In this document: piece by piece, positions 10,375 to 20,050 of the stretch
How positions within the stretch are numbered: position 1 is the stretch's first letter
Layout: every line of letters begins with the position of its first letter
Assembly: GCA_963733295.1 (NCBI GenBank)
Contig: CAVTCS010000003.1
Coordinates: 2,592,001-2,656,000 of the forward strand
Origin: Vulcanimicrobiota bacterium
GTDB lineage: Bacteria; Vulcanimicrobiota; Vulcanimicrobiia; Vulcanimicrobiales; Vulcanimicrobiaceae
Direction of reading: 5' to 3'
Length of the DNA stretch: 64,000 nucleotides
Translations under genes and position numbers: made by a program
Notes under the pieces: model-generated
The model's input: only the letters and a program-made list of their open reading frames with translations
Told to the model about the DNA's origin: nothing
Databases searched by the model: none

Positions 10375-11202
10375 TTAGTGAACCGCTACGCCGATGCCGT
10401 CGCCGAGATCGGAGATCGTCGGCGTGGTCGGCGTTCCGTTCGGCATGTAGGTCGTGAGTGAGTCGGCTTGCTGATTGACGACGTAGATCTTGCCGGTCAC
10501 ATCGACCGTCACGGCGAGGGGCCGAAGCCGAAGGTCGATCGTCGGCGGGACCGGCTTCCCTTCGGCGTTGTAACTTGTCAGGACATCGTTGTCGAAGTCG
10601 GTGACGTAAATTTTGCCGGTCGCATCGACCGCCACGCTCGTGGGACCGGCGAAGCCGGTGATGGTCGGCGCGGCCGGAGTTCCATCGGCCGCGTAGGTCG
10701 TCACCGTGCCGTTGCCATGATTCGCGACGTAGATCTTGCCGGATCCGTCGACCGCGACCCCGTCGGGTGCGCTTAGCCCACGGGAGATCGTCGGAGTGGC
10801 AGGCGAACCATCGGAGTTGTAGGTCGTCAGCGTATCGTTGTTCGAGTTCGCGACGTAAATCTTCCCGGCCGCATCGACCGCTATGCCGTTGGGCCCGCTT
10901 AGCCCACGGGTGATCGTCGGCGTGGTCGGTTTTCCATCGGCGGTAAAAGTCGTCACCGTGCCGCCATGATGGTCCGTAACGTAAATCTTCCCGCCTGCGT
11001 CGACCGCTACGCCGTGAAGAAAGGACACCCCGGTGGAGATCGTGGGTGTGGTCGGGGTTCCGTCGATCTTGTAGGTCGAGATGGTACCGCTGCTTATCGA
11101 GCTCGCGATGTAGATGCGCGACGGCGCGCGCGGCGCCGAGCTACAGGCACTCACGACAATTACAGCGACGAGCGCCGCACCCAAACTCCGCAAAATCATC
11201 AT
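10375..11202 (-). CDS. NHL-repeat lipoprotein
   Basis: Lipobox VSAC; about 6 repeats of GxAVDxxGKIYV...TTYxxDGxPxxPTI. Confidence 0.85.
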   Translation of the reverse strand: MMILRSLGAALVAVIVVSACSSAPRAPSRIYIASSISSGTISTYKIDGTPTTPTISTGVSFLHGVAVDAGGKIYVTDHHGGTVTTFTADGKPTTPTITRGLSGPNGIAVDAAGKIYVANSNNDTLTTYNSDGSPATPTISRGLSAPDGVAVDGSGKIYVANHGNGTVTTYAADGTPAAPTITGFAGPTSVAVDATGKIYVTDFDNDVLTSYNAEGKPVPPTIDLRLRPLAVTVDVTGKIYVVNQQADSLTTYMPNGTPTTPTISDLGDGIGVAVH

Positions 11203-11231
11203 CGCCTACTCCCCTGTGCCGCGAACGACGC

Positions 11232-11705
11232 CTACAAGCCGAGGTCGCTTAAGCTCTGATGATCGGCCGGCCGGGGCCCGCTGCGATCCCAGTGGTAAAG
11301 ACGGTCCCCTTCGGCGATAGGGCGATCGTTGATGCTCGCGTGACGCACGCGCATGAGTCCGTTTTCGTCGAATTCCCAATTCTCGTTCCCGTACGCGCGG
11401 AACCAATTGTTCGAATCGTCACGAAATTCGTAAGCGAAGCGCACGCCAATACGGTTTCCGGCGAACGCCCAAAGTTCTTTGATGAGACGGTATTCATTCT
11501 CGCGGTTCCACTTCCGGATGAGGAACTCGACGATCTTGTCGCGACCCCGGAAGATCTCACTCCGATTGCGCCAGCTGCTGTCGACCGTGTAGGCGAGCGA
11601 AACGCGCTGCGGATCGCAGCTGTTCCAGGCGTCTTCGGCTGCGCGAATCTTCTGGATAGCCGTCTCTCGCGAGAAGGGCGGCAGCGGGGGACGGACGTCG
11701 GACAT
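11232..11705 (-). CDS. DUF1348 / NTF2-like protein
   Basis: [29 protein letters not shown] and YGNENWEFD motifs typical of the family. Confidence 0.9.
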   Translation of the reverse strand: MSDVRPPLPPFSRETAIQKIRAAEDAWNSCDPQRVSLAYTVDSSWRNRSEIFRGRDKIVEFLIRKWNRENEYRLIKELWAFAGNRIGVRFAYEFRDDSNNWFRAYGNENWEFDENGLMRVRHASINDRPIAEGDRLYHWDRSGPRPADHQSLSDLGL

Positions 11706-11711
11706 GTGGTT

Positions 11712-12464
11712 TTACGTCTTTCGTATGAACGGCGTGACGAGGTCGATCGGAAGCGGGAAGATCGTCGTTGAGTTGTGTTCGGTTGCGATCTCCGTGAGTG
11801 CTTGCAAGTAGCGAAGCTGGAGCGCCACCGGCTGCGCTTGAATTTTCTCCGCGGCCATCACGAGTTTTTCAGCCGCCTGATACTCGCCTTCTGCGTTGAT
11901 GACCTTCGCGCGCCGCTCCCGTTCGGCTTCAGCTTGCTTCGCCATCGCGCGCTTCATGGAGTCCGGCAAGACGACGTCACGGACCTCGACGTGAGTAACC
12001 TTGATGCCCCACGGTCCCGAGCCTACGTCGATCACTTGCTGAAGCTGCTGATTGATCCGGTCGCGCTGACTTAGGAGCTCGTCTAACTCGTGGTGTCCGA
12101 TGACGCTGCGCAACGTGGTCTGAGCGAGCAGGAACGTCGCTTTGGAAAAGTTTTCTACTTTCACGACGGCGTCCTCGGGATTGACGACGCGGAAGTACAC
12201 GACCGCGTCCACCGTGACGGGAACGTTGTCGCGCGTCATCATCTCCTGGCGGGGCACGTCCAACGTGACGACGCGCAGGTCGATCTTGATCATCCGGTCG
12301 ACGATCGGGATCAGGAAGATCACCCCCGGTCCCCTCGCGGGGAGCAGGCGTCCGAGGCGAAAGACGATCCCTCGCTCGTACTCACGCGCGATCTTCACTG
12401 CAGCGGAGAGCAGCGCTACTACCACAATGATGACTGCGATTAGAATCGCAATGACGGTGTTCAT
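11712..12464 (-). CDS. SPFH (stomatin/slipin) membrane protein
   Basis: N-terminal [42 protein letters not shown]. Start overlaps the nfeD stop (ATGA). Confidence 0.92.
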   Translation of the reverse strand: MNTVIAILIAVIIVVVALLSAAVKIAREYERGIVFRLGRLLPARGPGVIFLIPIVDRMIKIDLRVVTLDVPRQEMMTRDNVPVTVDAVVYFRVVNPEDAVVKVENFSKATFLLAQTTLRSVIGHHELDELLSQRDRINQQLQQVIDVGSGPWGIKVTHVEVRDVVLPDSMKRAMAKQAEAERERRAKVINAEGEYQAAEKLVMAAEKIQAQPVALQLRYLQALTEIATEHNSTTIFPLPIDLVTPFIRKT

Positions 12465-13837
12465 CTCATCCCCTCTTTCTGCCGGGCTTCCGCGGCTTTG
12501 CGCACTTTGAGATGCAATCCGCTGACCTGGACCACGCGAACGAGTTCGCCGGTGGGGACGGAGCCGTCCACAACCTCGGCGCTCCACAGCTCACCGTCGA
12601 CGAGCACCATGCCCGCCGGAGCCAGGTCGCTGCGCGCCGTCGCAAGCTCGCCGAGCAGCGCCTCGCGCCCCGTTCGCACCCTGCGAGCTTGCGCGCGCAA
12701 TCCGGCCCCTACGGCAAAAAGGAAGAACGCGCCGGTCAGCACGGCGATCGTGAGAATGAGTGCAAGTGAAATGCGCAGGAACGGAGCTTGATTCTCCGTG
12801 AGGAGCAGCGAGCCCAGGACGAACGACGCGATTCCGCCCGCCGTCAGGACACCGTGACTGGTTACCTTGAGGTCGGCGATGAACAGGATCAATGCGAACC
12901 CGATCAGCAACAAGCCGGCGACGTTCACTGCAACGATCGCAAACGAGGCGAACGCGAGAATGAGCGCGAGCCCGCCGATCACGCCGGGGAAGACCGAGCC
13001 GGGGTTGCTCAACTCGAAGATGATCCCGTAGATCGCCACCGTCATGAGAATGAATCCCACGTTCGGGTCACCCAGGAGAAGCAGCAACTGCTCCGCCAAG
13101 TTCATCGGAATCTCGACGATTCGCGCACTGCGCGTCTCGAGCCGGCGCTCGCCGGATGCTGTCTGGACCTGCCTTCCGTCGATCATTGCCAGGAGTTCGC
13201 GCGGGCTGCCGGCGATGAGGTCGACGACGTGCAGTTGAAGTGCTTGCGCGTCGGTGATCGAAACGCTCTCTCGCACCGCCTGCTCCGCCCAAGCGGCGTT
13301 GCGCCCGTGCCTGGTTGCAAGTCCGCGAATCTCTGCGACGGCGTCGTTCGTGAGCTTCGTCATCTCCGTCTTGTCGATGCCGCCGCCACCGAGAGCGACC
13401 GGGTGGGCGGCGCCGAGATGCGTCGTGGGCGCCATGGCGGCGATGCCGGCCGCGTAAACGATGAAGACGCCCGCCGACGCGGCACGCCCTCCGCTCGGGT
13501 ACACGAAGGCTGCGGTCGGGACCGCCGAGCTCAGCATGGCCTTTGTGATGTCATCCATCGATTTGAGCGAGCCGCCCGGCGTATCGATTTCGATGACGAG
13601 CAGCTGGGCGTTGTCGCTGGCGGCCTGGCTAAGCCCTCGAAGTACGTATCGGGCGGTGCCGGGACCGACGATGCCGTCAAGCCGAACGACCTCCACCAGC
13701 GGTTCGGTTCCCTGCGCAACGCGTGCCGCATCGGCGACGCAACTCGCTGCGAGCCAGGCGCCGAGCGCCGCTAATGTCGTCAGAGCCGAGAGCGCGCCTA
13801 CGAAGGGCAGCCGCTTCAGCCCGACTGCCTCGAGCAT
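12461..13837 (-). CDS. nfeD: NfeD membrane-bound serine protease (ClpP class)
   Basis: DTPGG, AASAG and GAAHPV motifs, TM bundle, C-terminal OB fold (GELW); canonical pairing with an SPFH gene. Confidence 0.9.
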   Translation of the reverse strand: MLEAVGLKRLPFVGALSALTTLAALGAWLAASCVADAARVAQGTEPLVEVVRLDGIVGPGTARYVLRGLSQAASDNAQLLVIEIDTPGGSLKSMDDITKAMLSSAVPTAAFVYPSGGRAASAGVFIVYAAGIAAMAPTTHLGAAHPVALGGGGIDKTEMTKLTNDAVAEIRGLATRHGRNAAWAEQAVRESVSITDAQALQLHVVDLIAGSPRELLAMIDGRQVQTASGERRLETRSARIVEIPMNLAEQLLLLLGDPNVGFILMTVAIYGIIFELSNPGSVFPGVIGGLALILAFASFAIVAVNVAGLLLIGFALILFIADLKVTSHGVLTAGGIASFVLGSLLLTENQAPFLRISLALILTIAVLTGAFFLFAVGAGLRAQARRVRTGREALLGELATARSDLAPAGMVLVDGELWSAEVVDGSVPTGELVRVVQVSGLHLKVRKAAEARQKEGMR

Positions 13838-13939
13838 AATCTCTTCATTTGACTAACTCGAGTAGATTTCCACTCGTTTTCGCTTTCTGAGAGCAAAACC
13901 AGCAGAGAGCCTAGAACGCAGACGCGCGGAGGAGGCAAC

Positions 13940-14311
13940 ATGGGAGCTCCAGTCGTTCACTTTGAGATCATCGGAAAAGACGCACCGGCACTACGGGCGT
14001 TCTATCGCGACGCATTCGGCTGGAACGTCGGCGACCGAGTCGGCGGCGCCGGGATTACCGACTACACCCTTGTCGAAACGGGCGGCGGTACTGGAATCGC
14101 CGGCGGCATCGGTGCGGCGCCGGAGGGGTACGACGGTCACGTCACCTTCTACATTCAAGTTCCCGACGTGGCGCTCGCACTCGAAGCGGTCGAGCGGCGC
14201 GGCGGAACGAAAATGATGGGACCGAGTGACGTCCGCGGCGGACCGGTTATCGGACTCTTTGAGGATCCCGAAGGGCACGTCATCGGTCTCGTCAAGGGCC
14301 CGGCCGCTTAA
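13940..14311 (+). CDS. VOC/glyoxalase family protein
   Basis: VVHFEI, FYRDAFGW, FEDPEG motifs; GGAGG RBS. Confidence 0.88.
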   Translation: MGAPVVHFEIIGKDAPALRAFYRDAFGWNVGDRVGGAGITDYTLVETGGGTGIAGGIGAAPEGYDGHVTFYIQVPDVALALEAVERRGGTKMMGPSDVRGGPVIGLFEDPEGHVIGLVKGPAA

Positions 14312-14320
14312 GCGGAGCGC

Positions 14321-15901
14321 ATGCGGCGCCCAATGTCACGCTTCGCTTCCGCGCTGGTCCTTGCATCGCTCGTGGCATCGACCGCGCTCTCGTCTGCGGC
14401 ATCCACACCCGGCGGCGCGAATGCCGGCAACCTGACGGTCGAGGCGGTCCTCGCAAAGGCGCTGGCGGCGCGCGGCAACACCAAGCCGGTGCGAAGCGAA
14501 ATCGAGATTTGGACGATTCACGAACTCGGCGTGGACGGCACGCTCCGGCGCGTTTCGCGCGGACGCGATTGGACCGAAACGCGAACGCGTGACGGCTTCG
14601 TGAGCGCCGACGGTTCGTCGGGCGGCACGACGTGGCGCCAAAACGAGAACGGCGAAGTCATCGTCGAGCAGAATGGCGGCGGAAGCGATGCGGATCGGAA
14701 ACCCGTCGCGCAGCGTTCGAGCCGGATTGGGGCGCCGATCGACGCTTGGGCCGTCGACACCGTCGCGGCGAACGGCGACTTCCGGCGCGACTATTACGAC
14801 CCATCGACGTTCCGTCTCGTACGGCGCGAGCGCAGCGAACTCGGGACGCATTCCTATGAGATCTTCGACGACTACACGACGAACGCGGCCGGAAGAACGT
14901 TCGCGCGTCACGTGTACGGCGGTGACGACCGGCCGAACAACGACTGGGACCAGCGGCTCGTGACGGACGACCTCTCGACCCCGGTGAACGCGTCCGACAT
15001 CGCGATTCCCGCGAACCGCCGGACGCTTGTCGAATTCCCGCAAGGACGCTCGACGGTTCGTCTGCCCGCGCAGATCGAGCGCGGTCTCATCGTCGTTCGC
15101 GCGGAGATCGCGGGAAAGAGCCTCGACTTCATCCTCGACAGCGGCTCCGCCACGATCGCGCTCGACGCCGCGACGGCGGAGGAACTGGGGTTAAGGTTTT
15201 CGGGCAAGGGTACTGCGACGGTCGCGGGGAGCGTCTCGGAAAGCCAAGCCGTAATCCCGGAGATGCACGTTGGAGAGCTTACGATGCACGATGTCGTGGT
15301 CGACACTCTTCCCGTCGCAGTCGAGCTCGACGACCACACGAGCGCCGTGGGATTGCTCGGGTTTGATTTTCTCGACGGAGCCGCCGTCACCGTGGACTAC
15401 GACGGCGGGACCGTCGACGCGACCGCACCGGAAGCGTTCGCGCCGCCGGCGAGCGCGACGGCGATCGCCACCGCGATGAACTACGGTGCGCCTGAGGTCT
15501 CGCTCGCCGTAGGCGGCCTCGAAGGCGACCGTTTCGTGGTCGACACGGGCGCCCAACAAGCGACGGTTGTGCTCTTCCGGCACTTCGCGCGCCTGCACCC
15601 ACGCGCGATCTCGGAGGCGTTGTGGCGCGGCTACGGTCAGAAGACCAAGCTCGACATGATCGGCGGGAGCATGACGAACACGCAGGTGCTCCTCAAGAAC
15701 GTTACCTTCGGGCCGTGGTTGTTCGCGGGAATGGACGGACTGCTCTCCAACTCACCGCCTTCGTTCGACAACCAAGACGGACTGATCGGGTCGAGGTTTC
15801 TCGACCTGTTCAAGCTCACGCTCGACGAACCTCACTCGCGGATCTACTTGGAACCGACCGGACCGATGCCGCTCAATCCGGCCGCCGCGAAAACCTTGTA
15901 A
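14321..15901 (+). CDS. Secreted protein with tandem retropepsin-like aspartyl protease domains
   Basis: Signal peptide; ILDSGS...GLLGFDFL and VVDTGA...GLIGSRFL. Confidence 0.82.
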   Translation: MRRPMSRFASALVLASLVASTALSSAASTPGGANAGNLTVEAVLAKALAARGNTKPVRSEIEIWTIHELGVDGTLRRVSRGRDWTETRTRDGFVSADGSSGGTTWRQNENGEVIVEQNGGGSDADRKPVAQRSSRIGAPIDAWAVDTVAANGDFRRDYYDPSTFRLVRRERSELGTHSYEIFDDYTTNAAGRTFARHVYGGDDRPNNDWDQRLVTDDLSTPVNASDIAIPANRRTLVEFPQGRSTVRLPAQIERGLIVVRAEIAGKSLDFILDSGSATIALDAATAEELGLRFSGKGTATVAGSVSESQAVIPEMHVGELTMHDVVVDTLPVAVELDDHTSAVGLLGFDFLDGAAVTVDYDGGTVDATAPEAFAPPASATAIATAMNYGAPEVSLAVGGLEGDRFVVDTGAQQATVVLFRHFARLHPRAISEALWRGYGQKTKLDMIGGSMTNTQVLLKNVTFGPWLFAGMDGLLSNSPPSFDNQDGLIGSRFLDLFKLTLDEPHSRIYLEPTGPMPLNPAAAKTL

Positions 15902-15983
15902 GCGGGCTCGCGCGGAATCTGCGGGGACGTCGCTGAAGTCACAACAACCGCATCTGCGGCTTTCATATAACATATAAAGGTAC

Positions 15984-16643
15984 GTGGATTTCTTTATGCG
16001 CTTGATGTTGTTCTTGACCGCACTTGCGGCCGTATCGATCCTCCCCGCCGGCGCGCAAGTCCCGCGGGACGCGCAGCGACTGGGCATCACCGTCGCGGGC
16101 CGCGCGACCGTACGCGTCCCGGCCGACGGGATCCGGTTCGATGCGAACGTTTCCGGAAGCCTCAGCGACGCCGACCAGGACTCGATTCTCGCGGCGCTGC
16201 GCGCGGGCGGTATCGACTCACCGCAAATCGTATCCTCGAACGTCGTGTCGGCGAACGGTTTCGCGTACGTGCGCGGTTCGCTTCGGCATCCGACGCGAGA
16301 CCGCATCGACGCCTTCGGCAAGCTCGCCGCGTCGATTCTCGCAGCGCATCCCGGCTTGCGGCTCCAAAACACCGTCGCGGTCCCCTACCTCGACGATTGC
16401 GCCAAGGCCGAAGAGCAGGCGCGCCGGCAAGCGCTCGACGACGCCCGGCGACGCGCGAGCGCGATCGCCGCGATCGAAGGTCTCACCGTCGGCAACCTCG
16501 AGAGCGTCACCGAAATCCCCGCGCAAGCCTGTCTTCCGAGCGAAGGCCGGCTCGTCTCGCAGATCTCGCAGAACGGCATCGAGCGCGACCCAGCGGTGTA
16601 CGTCAACGTGACCGAAAACGTAACCTTCGCAATCCGCTACTGA
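15984..16643 (+). CDS. SIMPL (DUF541) domain secreted protein
   Basis: Signal peptide; ITVAGRATVRVPAD and ARRQALDDARRRASAIA; terminal VTFAI strand. Confidence 0.75.
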   Translation: MDFFMRLMLFLTALAAVSILPAGAQVPRDAQRLGITVAGRATVRVPADGIRFDANVSGSLSDADQDSILAALRAGGIDSPQIVSSNVVSANGFAYVRGSLRHPTRDRIDAFGKLAASILAAHPGLRLQNTVAVPYLDDCAKAEEQARRQALDDARRRASAIAAIEGLTVGNLESVTEIPAQACLPSEGRLVSQISQNGIERDPAVYVNVTENVTFAIRY

Positions 16644-16645
16644 CA

Positions 16646-17197
16646 TCACCGTGACTCCGGCGAAGCCGCGCCGAGTCCCGTGGAAATTGCTGCAGCGGCG
16701 TGCCGCAACGATTGTTGTTGAGAGCGAGTCAATAGATAAAACGCGACGCCATGCGTGATCAACAGCGCAGGCACATAGATGATCACGATCGCGTATCCAG
16801 CTCCTAGTTGGCCCGCAATGTTTGGAAGACCAACTTGAATGCCGTGATAGTAATCGAGAATCAGGTCGACCGCGCCGACGAGATTAAACGCGACAGCGAA
16901 CAGCCAAAAGAGCGCGCGCATCCTCACGGTCAGCAGTGTCAGCAGAGCGAGCACGCCAGTTGCAAAATCTCCGTACGCCGCAAACACCGCGTAGGTCGGA
17001 GGCAAATTCGCTCCCACCACGCCTGGCAAGATGAAGATAAGCCCAAAGAATCGGAAGCTGTGGAAAGTGGCAATCGCCCGAAGCGCGCCGACGCGATCCA
17101 TCGACTTAAGCTTCGGCAGAACGTAGCTGCCGAAAAACAGCAACCAAGCGACGTAGCCTAGGACGAGTTGCGTCAGGAAAATGATTTGCGGCGGCAT
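16646..17197 (-). CDS. Conserved hypothetical membrane protein, divergent from TetR
   Basis: ATG 17197 after a GGAGG RBS; about 5 TM; HSFRFFG, YGD and FNLVG motifs. Confidence 0.7.
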   Translation of the reverse strand: MPPQIIFLTQLVLGYVAWLLFFGSYVLPKLKSMDRVGALRAIATFHSFRFFGLIFILPGVVGANLPPTYAVFAAYGDFATGVLALLTLLTVRMRALFWLFAVAFNLVGAVDLILDYYHGIQVGLPNIAGQLGAGYAIVIIYVPALLITHGVAFYLLTRSQQQSLRHAAAAISTGLGAASPESR

Positions 17198-17216
17198 GTG
17201 GCCCTCCCAATCGTTT

Positions 17217-17263
17217 CGGTACCCGTCGGTACCAGCAGGTAACGATGGTACTATGTGGTACCA
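17217..17263. promoter_or_regulatory. Two TetR-type operator palindromes, GGTAC-N6-GTACC
   Basis: CGGTACccgtcgGTACCA (17217-17234) and TGGTACtatgtgGTACCA (17246-17263) lie between divergent genes; the second contains a -10-like TACTAT. Confidence 0.75.
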
Positions 17264-17284
17264 AGCTTTGTCAAGGGGGACGAA

Positions 17285-17887
17285 ATGGGCGAGGAGGCGG
17301 TTCGTGAGCGCATCCTTCAAGCGGCTTTTGCGGCATTCACTAGCGGTGGCTATGCGGCAACCAGCACGGCCGAAATCGCCGCGCGCGCGCGTGTCTCAAA
17401 ACGCGAGCTTTATACCCTCGTCGGCAACAAGCGCGAGATATTGATCGCCTGTATCAGCGAACGCGCAAAGCGACTGCACGTGCCGGAAGATTTGCCCGTG
17501 GTACGCGATCGCAAAACCCTCGCGCAGGTGCTCGTTTCCTCCGGAGCTCAACTTTTGCGCGAGATCACCGATCCAACGGTCGTTGCCGCGTTTCGATTGG
17601 CCATCGCCGAGGCGCCTCTCGCGCCGGAGGTTGCTGAGACGCTCGATTCGATTGGGCGGCAGACCTTCCGCGTTGCTTTGCGCAGTATCATGACCCAAGC
17701 GGAGAAGTCAGAATTGCTGAAGGGCCGTCCAGCCGAACTTGCTGCGCTTTTCGGAGCACTGCTGATAGGCGATCTACTCGTGAGTTTGTTGCTTGGCGTC
17801 GCTAAGCGACCAAACGCGCGCGAAATCGAAAAGCGTGCCGACGACGCCACAACCGCCTTCCTTCAACTTTGCGCCGAGTCTAGTTAG
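17285..17887 (+). CDS. TetR/AcrR family transcriptional regulator
   Basis: ILQAAFAAF...GY..TS..EIAARARVSKRELY helix-turn-helix. Confidence 0.9.
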   Translation: MGEEAVRERILQAAFAAFTSGGYAATSTAEIAARARVSKRELYTLVGNKREILIACISERAKRLHVPEDLPVVRDRKTLAQVLVSSGAQLLREITDPTVVAAFRLAIAEAPLAPEVAETLDSIGRQTFRVALRSIMTQAEKSELLKGRPAELAALFGALLIGDLLVSLLLGVAKRPNAREIEKRADDATTAFLQLCAESS

Positions 17888-18225
17888 GCGATGGTTTGCA
17901 TGAAACTCTTCATGATCGCACTGCGGATGAGGGTCAGCGAGGGCGCGCCCTCCCTTCCGTCTCCGGCCGGGTAGGTCCGGCACATCAGACCGTACGCACT
18001 TCGTCCATCGGCGCCCGGTTCGACATCGCGGCCGTTCACGCGCACCGACGGAGATCCGAGAAAGCGCAGCGCCTGTGCGACTTCCGGAATCTCTACCAGA
18101 ACTTCGACGACGTTCGCGTGGAGCGCTTCGACAACGAGGGCCTCGCGCACGCGGCCGCGCGTCGTCGTGACGTTCGGGCAGCCTGCGAACGAGAGTATCT
18201 CGATGCGCAAGGGAGAACGCGTCAT
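17884..18225 (-). CDS. DUF2703-like small thioredoxin-fold protein (mer-associated type)
   Basis: IEILSFAGCPN, FLGSPSVRVNGRDV and CRTY motifs; ATG 18225 overlaps the upstream stop (ATGA). Confidence 0.8.
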   Translation of the reverse strand: MTRSPLRIEILSFAGCPNVTTTRGRVREALVVEALHANVVEVLVEIPEVAQALRFLGSPSVRVNGRDVEPGADGRSAYGLMCRTYPAGDGREGAPSLTLIRSAIMKSFMQTIA

Positions 18226-18782
18226 TCTCGCAGCGCCTGCTCGACGTGCTCGCGAAATACCGTCGGATCGAGCCGTGGGGCGATCGTCACGCCGGCGAGC
18301 TGATGCATCCAAAACGACGGCTTCGGCGGCATCGTAGCCGTCCAACGCACCCCGCGCGGATAGAGGAGGTACACGTCCCACGCTGCGTCCGGTGTCGAAA
18401 GCACGTGGCCGTAGGCGCCCCCGAGCCAATCGTCGCCGTCCCAATAGTGGTAAGCGCGCTTGTCGGGCACGAGACCCATCGCGTCCGGAACGTTCGACGC
18501 CTGCGCGCCCAGTTGTGGAACCCAAACCACGTACGCTGCCAGATCGCTACTCGACTCGGCACTTAGCACGTCACGTTGAATTTCGAGAGACCCCCGAAGA
18601 CATTCGCCTCAAGTCGGGCTGACGAGCATGACGATGCGGACCTTGCCCGCATCGTGGTTGAATGCCGATCGTAGCGGTTCGCCGGCGCCCTCGATTTGCT
18701 CGTAACGTTCCGTTGTGCGGGCGCGCGCACAGCCGCCGAGTACCGTTCCGGCGCCGGCGATCAAGAATGCCTTTCGTTCCAT
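18222..18782 (-). CDS. Predicted selenocysteine-containing thioredoxin-fold lipoprotein (UxxC), 186 aa with UGA read-through
   Basis: ORFs 18609-18851 and 18222-18569 are in the same frame, separated only by TGA 18609-18611, giving VMLVSPT-U-GEC-LRG. GAGG RBS before ATG 18782; lipobox LGGC (Cys18); SECIS-like hairpin follows the UGA. Confidence 0.8.
18578..18605 (-). promoter_or_regulatory. Putative bacterial SECIS element
   Basis: GAAU-(GUC bulge)-UUCGGG-[GGUCU]-CUCGAA-AUUC. The apical loop starts with G, 16 nt after the UGA. Confidence 0.65.
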
Positions 18783-18789
18783 GCGATCC

Positions 18790-19161
18790 TCACTGGTGAA
18801 GGTATCCGTAGAGGGCGTAACCGGTGGATGCGAGCCACAGCACGGCAGCAACGCTCAGCACGGCACGGGCGGCGCGCAGGCTAGACGAGATCCGAAACGG
18901 CTCGTCTTGCGACGCGCAGGCCGGTCTTTTGTAAACCTGCCGAAAGCCGAAACCCAACATCAGCGCCGATAGCACGAGCAGCAGTGGGCTGTACGGCGCA
19001 AGACCCGCAACCGCCGCGAGGCCGCCCGTGCCCAAGAGCGAGACGAAAACGGGCGCCAGAGCCGGTCCCGCACAACACGCACCCGCAACGGCCGCGGTGA
19101 GCACCGAACCTGTTCCGACCGCCGCCGCGCCAAGTGCGGAGGCTTCGGGCGCCTTCATCAT
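18790..19161 (-). CDS. MerT-like heavy-metal transporter (3 TM)
   Basis: Cys pair in the first TM (GACCAGP), PY..L motif, cytoplasmic-loop Cys; ATGA-coupled to ArsR. Confidence 0.75.
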   Translation of the reverse strand: MMKAPEASALGAAAVGTGSVLTAAVAGACCAGPALAPVFVSLLGTGGLAAVAGLAPYSPLLLVLSALMLGFGFRQVYKRPACASQDEPFRISSSLRAARAVLSVAAVLWLASTGYALYGYLHQ

Positions 19162-19517
19162 CCCGGAATCCGTACGCAGTCGGCGATGCGCCGAGCATTG
19201 CTCGCGACGACCGCGCGAACGAGTTCGAGAATCCCGCGCACCCGATCGTCGGCAACCCGGTAGATCACGGATCTGCCGCGGCGCTCCGCCGTCACGTAGC
19301 CGCACCACTTGAGACACGCCAAATGATTGCTCACGCGGCTCTGCGACATCCGAAGGTACGAAACCAGGTCGCCGACCGAGCACGGTCCGTCGAGCAAACG
19401 GCGCAGGATGCGCAGGCGGGTCGGATCGCCGAGGCCGCGCACGAATTTCGCCTGCAGTTCCTCGGCCAGGCCATTATCCGGGACGGATCGAGATACGCGC
19501 CGCGGTCGTGCTGCCAT
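19158..19517 (-). CDS. ArsR/SmtB metal-sensing repressor, CmtR-like
   Basis: GLGDPTRLRIL; VSNHLACLKWCG (C68, C72) plus C-terminal C114. Confidence 0.9.
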   Translation of the reverse strand: MAARPRRVSRSVPDNGLAEELQAKFVRGLGDPTRLRILRRLLDGPCSVGDLVSYLRMSQSRVSNHLACLKWCGYVTAERRGRSVIYRVADDRVRGILELVRAVVASNARRIADCVRIPG

Positions 19518-19523
19518 GCCACA

Positions 19524-19547
19524 ATCATAACACGATATTCTGATATG
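19524..19547 (-). promoter_or_regulatory. ArsR operator and -10 element
   Basis: Imperfect inverted repeat CATATCA-N8-TGTTATG overlapping TATGAT, which sits 6 nt before the ATG. Confidence 0.55.
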
Positions 19548-19587
19548 TACAGATCCGACCGGCTCAACCTTCGGAGCACGCCGAACG

Positions 19588-20050
19588 TCAGAGCGTCGAC
19601 CGCGCTAGACGAAGCGAAATGGCTGCGATTAGGGCTCCGACGGGCCCTGCGAAATACAACAGCGCAAACACGATGTCGCCGTAAGGCCTCAAATTCAGGA
19701 CAAGAATCCATGTCAGCAGGGATACAACTGAAAATGCCCCGAGCATGAGACCGCTGGTTTCGAAGAAGCGCCGGCTCGGAAGTAGCGCACCGAGCGCAAC
19801 GGCAAACGCAAGTCCGTTCGCTAGTCCCGTTGATCGGCGGGATCACGAAGAACATGTAAATGCTCGGGATCGTTCTGAGGTACTCTTGATCTGTTCGAGA
19901 CAGTCGAGCGCTCAAATCAAAAACCAGGTCGCTGATCTCAAATGCCACGGCAATGAGACCAGCGCTAATAAGTAACCCCGACCAAAACCCGAGCCCGAAA
20001 CCACTTAAGTATCGAATGAACGGTCGCTCCGAGGGGATCTGAGGCCACGT
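19588..20050 (-). pseudogene. Frameshifted membrane-protein gene
   Basis: Hydrophobic frame (A)CG-WPQIPSERPF...VIPPIN continues after one extra G (about 19826-19828) as GLANGLAFAVALG...LARSTL*; the putative start is ACG. Confidence 0.55.

Noticed and set aside
10375..11100. Non-coding repeat array
   Set aside because: The repeats are the NHL propeller blades of a lipoprotein.
18222..18851. Two separate small genes, or a simple nonsense pseudogene
   Set aside because: The stop falls on the redox Cys position, both halves are in frame, a SECIS-like hairpin follows, and the downstream half has no RBS of its own. Not fully excluded without reads and sel genes.
19331..19948. Intact 205-aa Cys-rich ORF
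   Set aside because: It becomes non-protein-like after about 19827, where the hydrophobic frame shifts, and it overlaps arsR out of frame.
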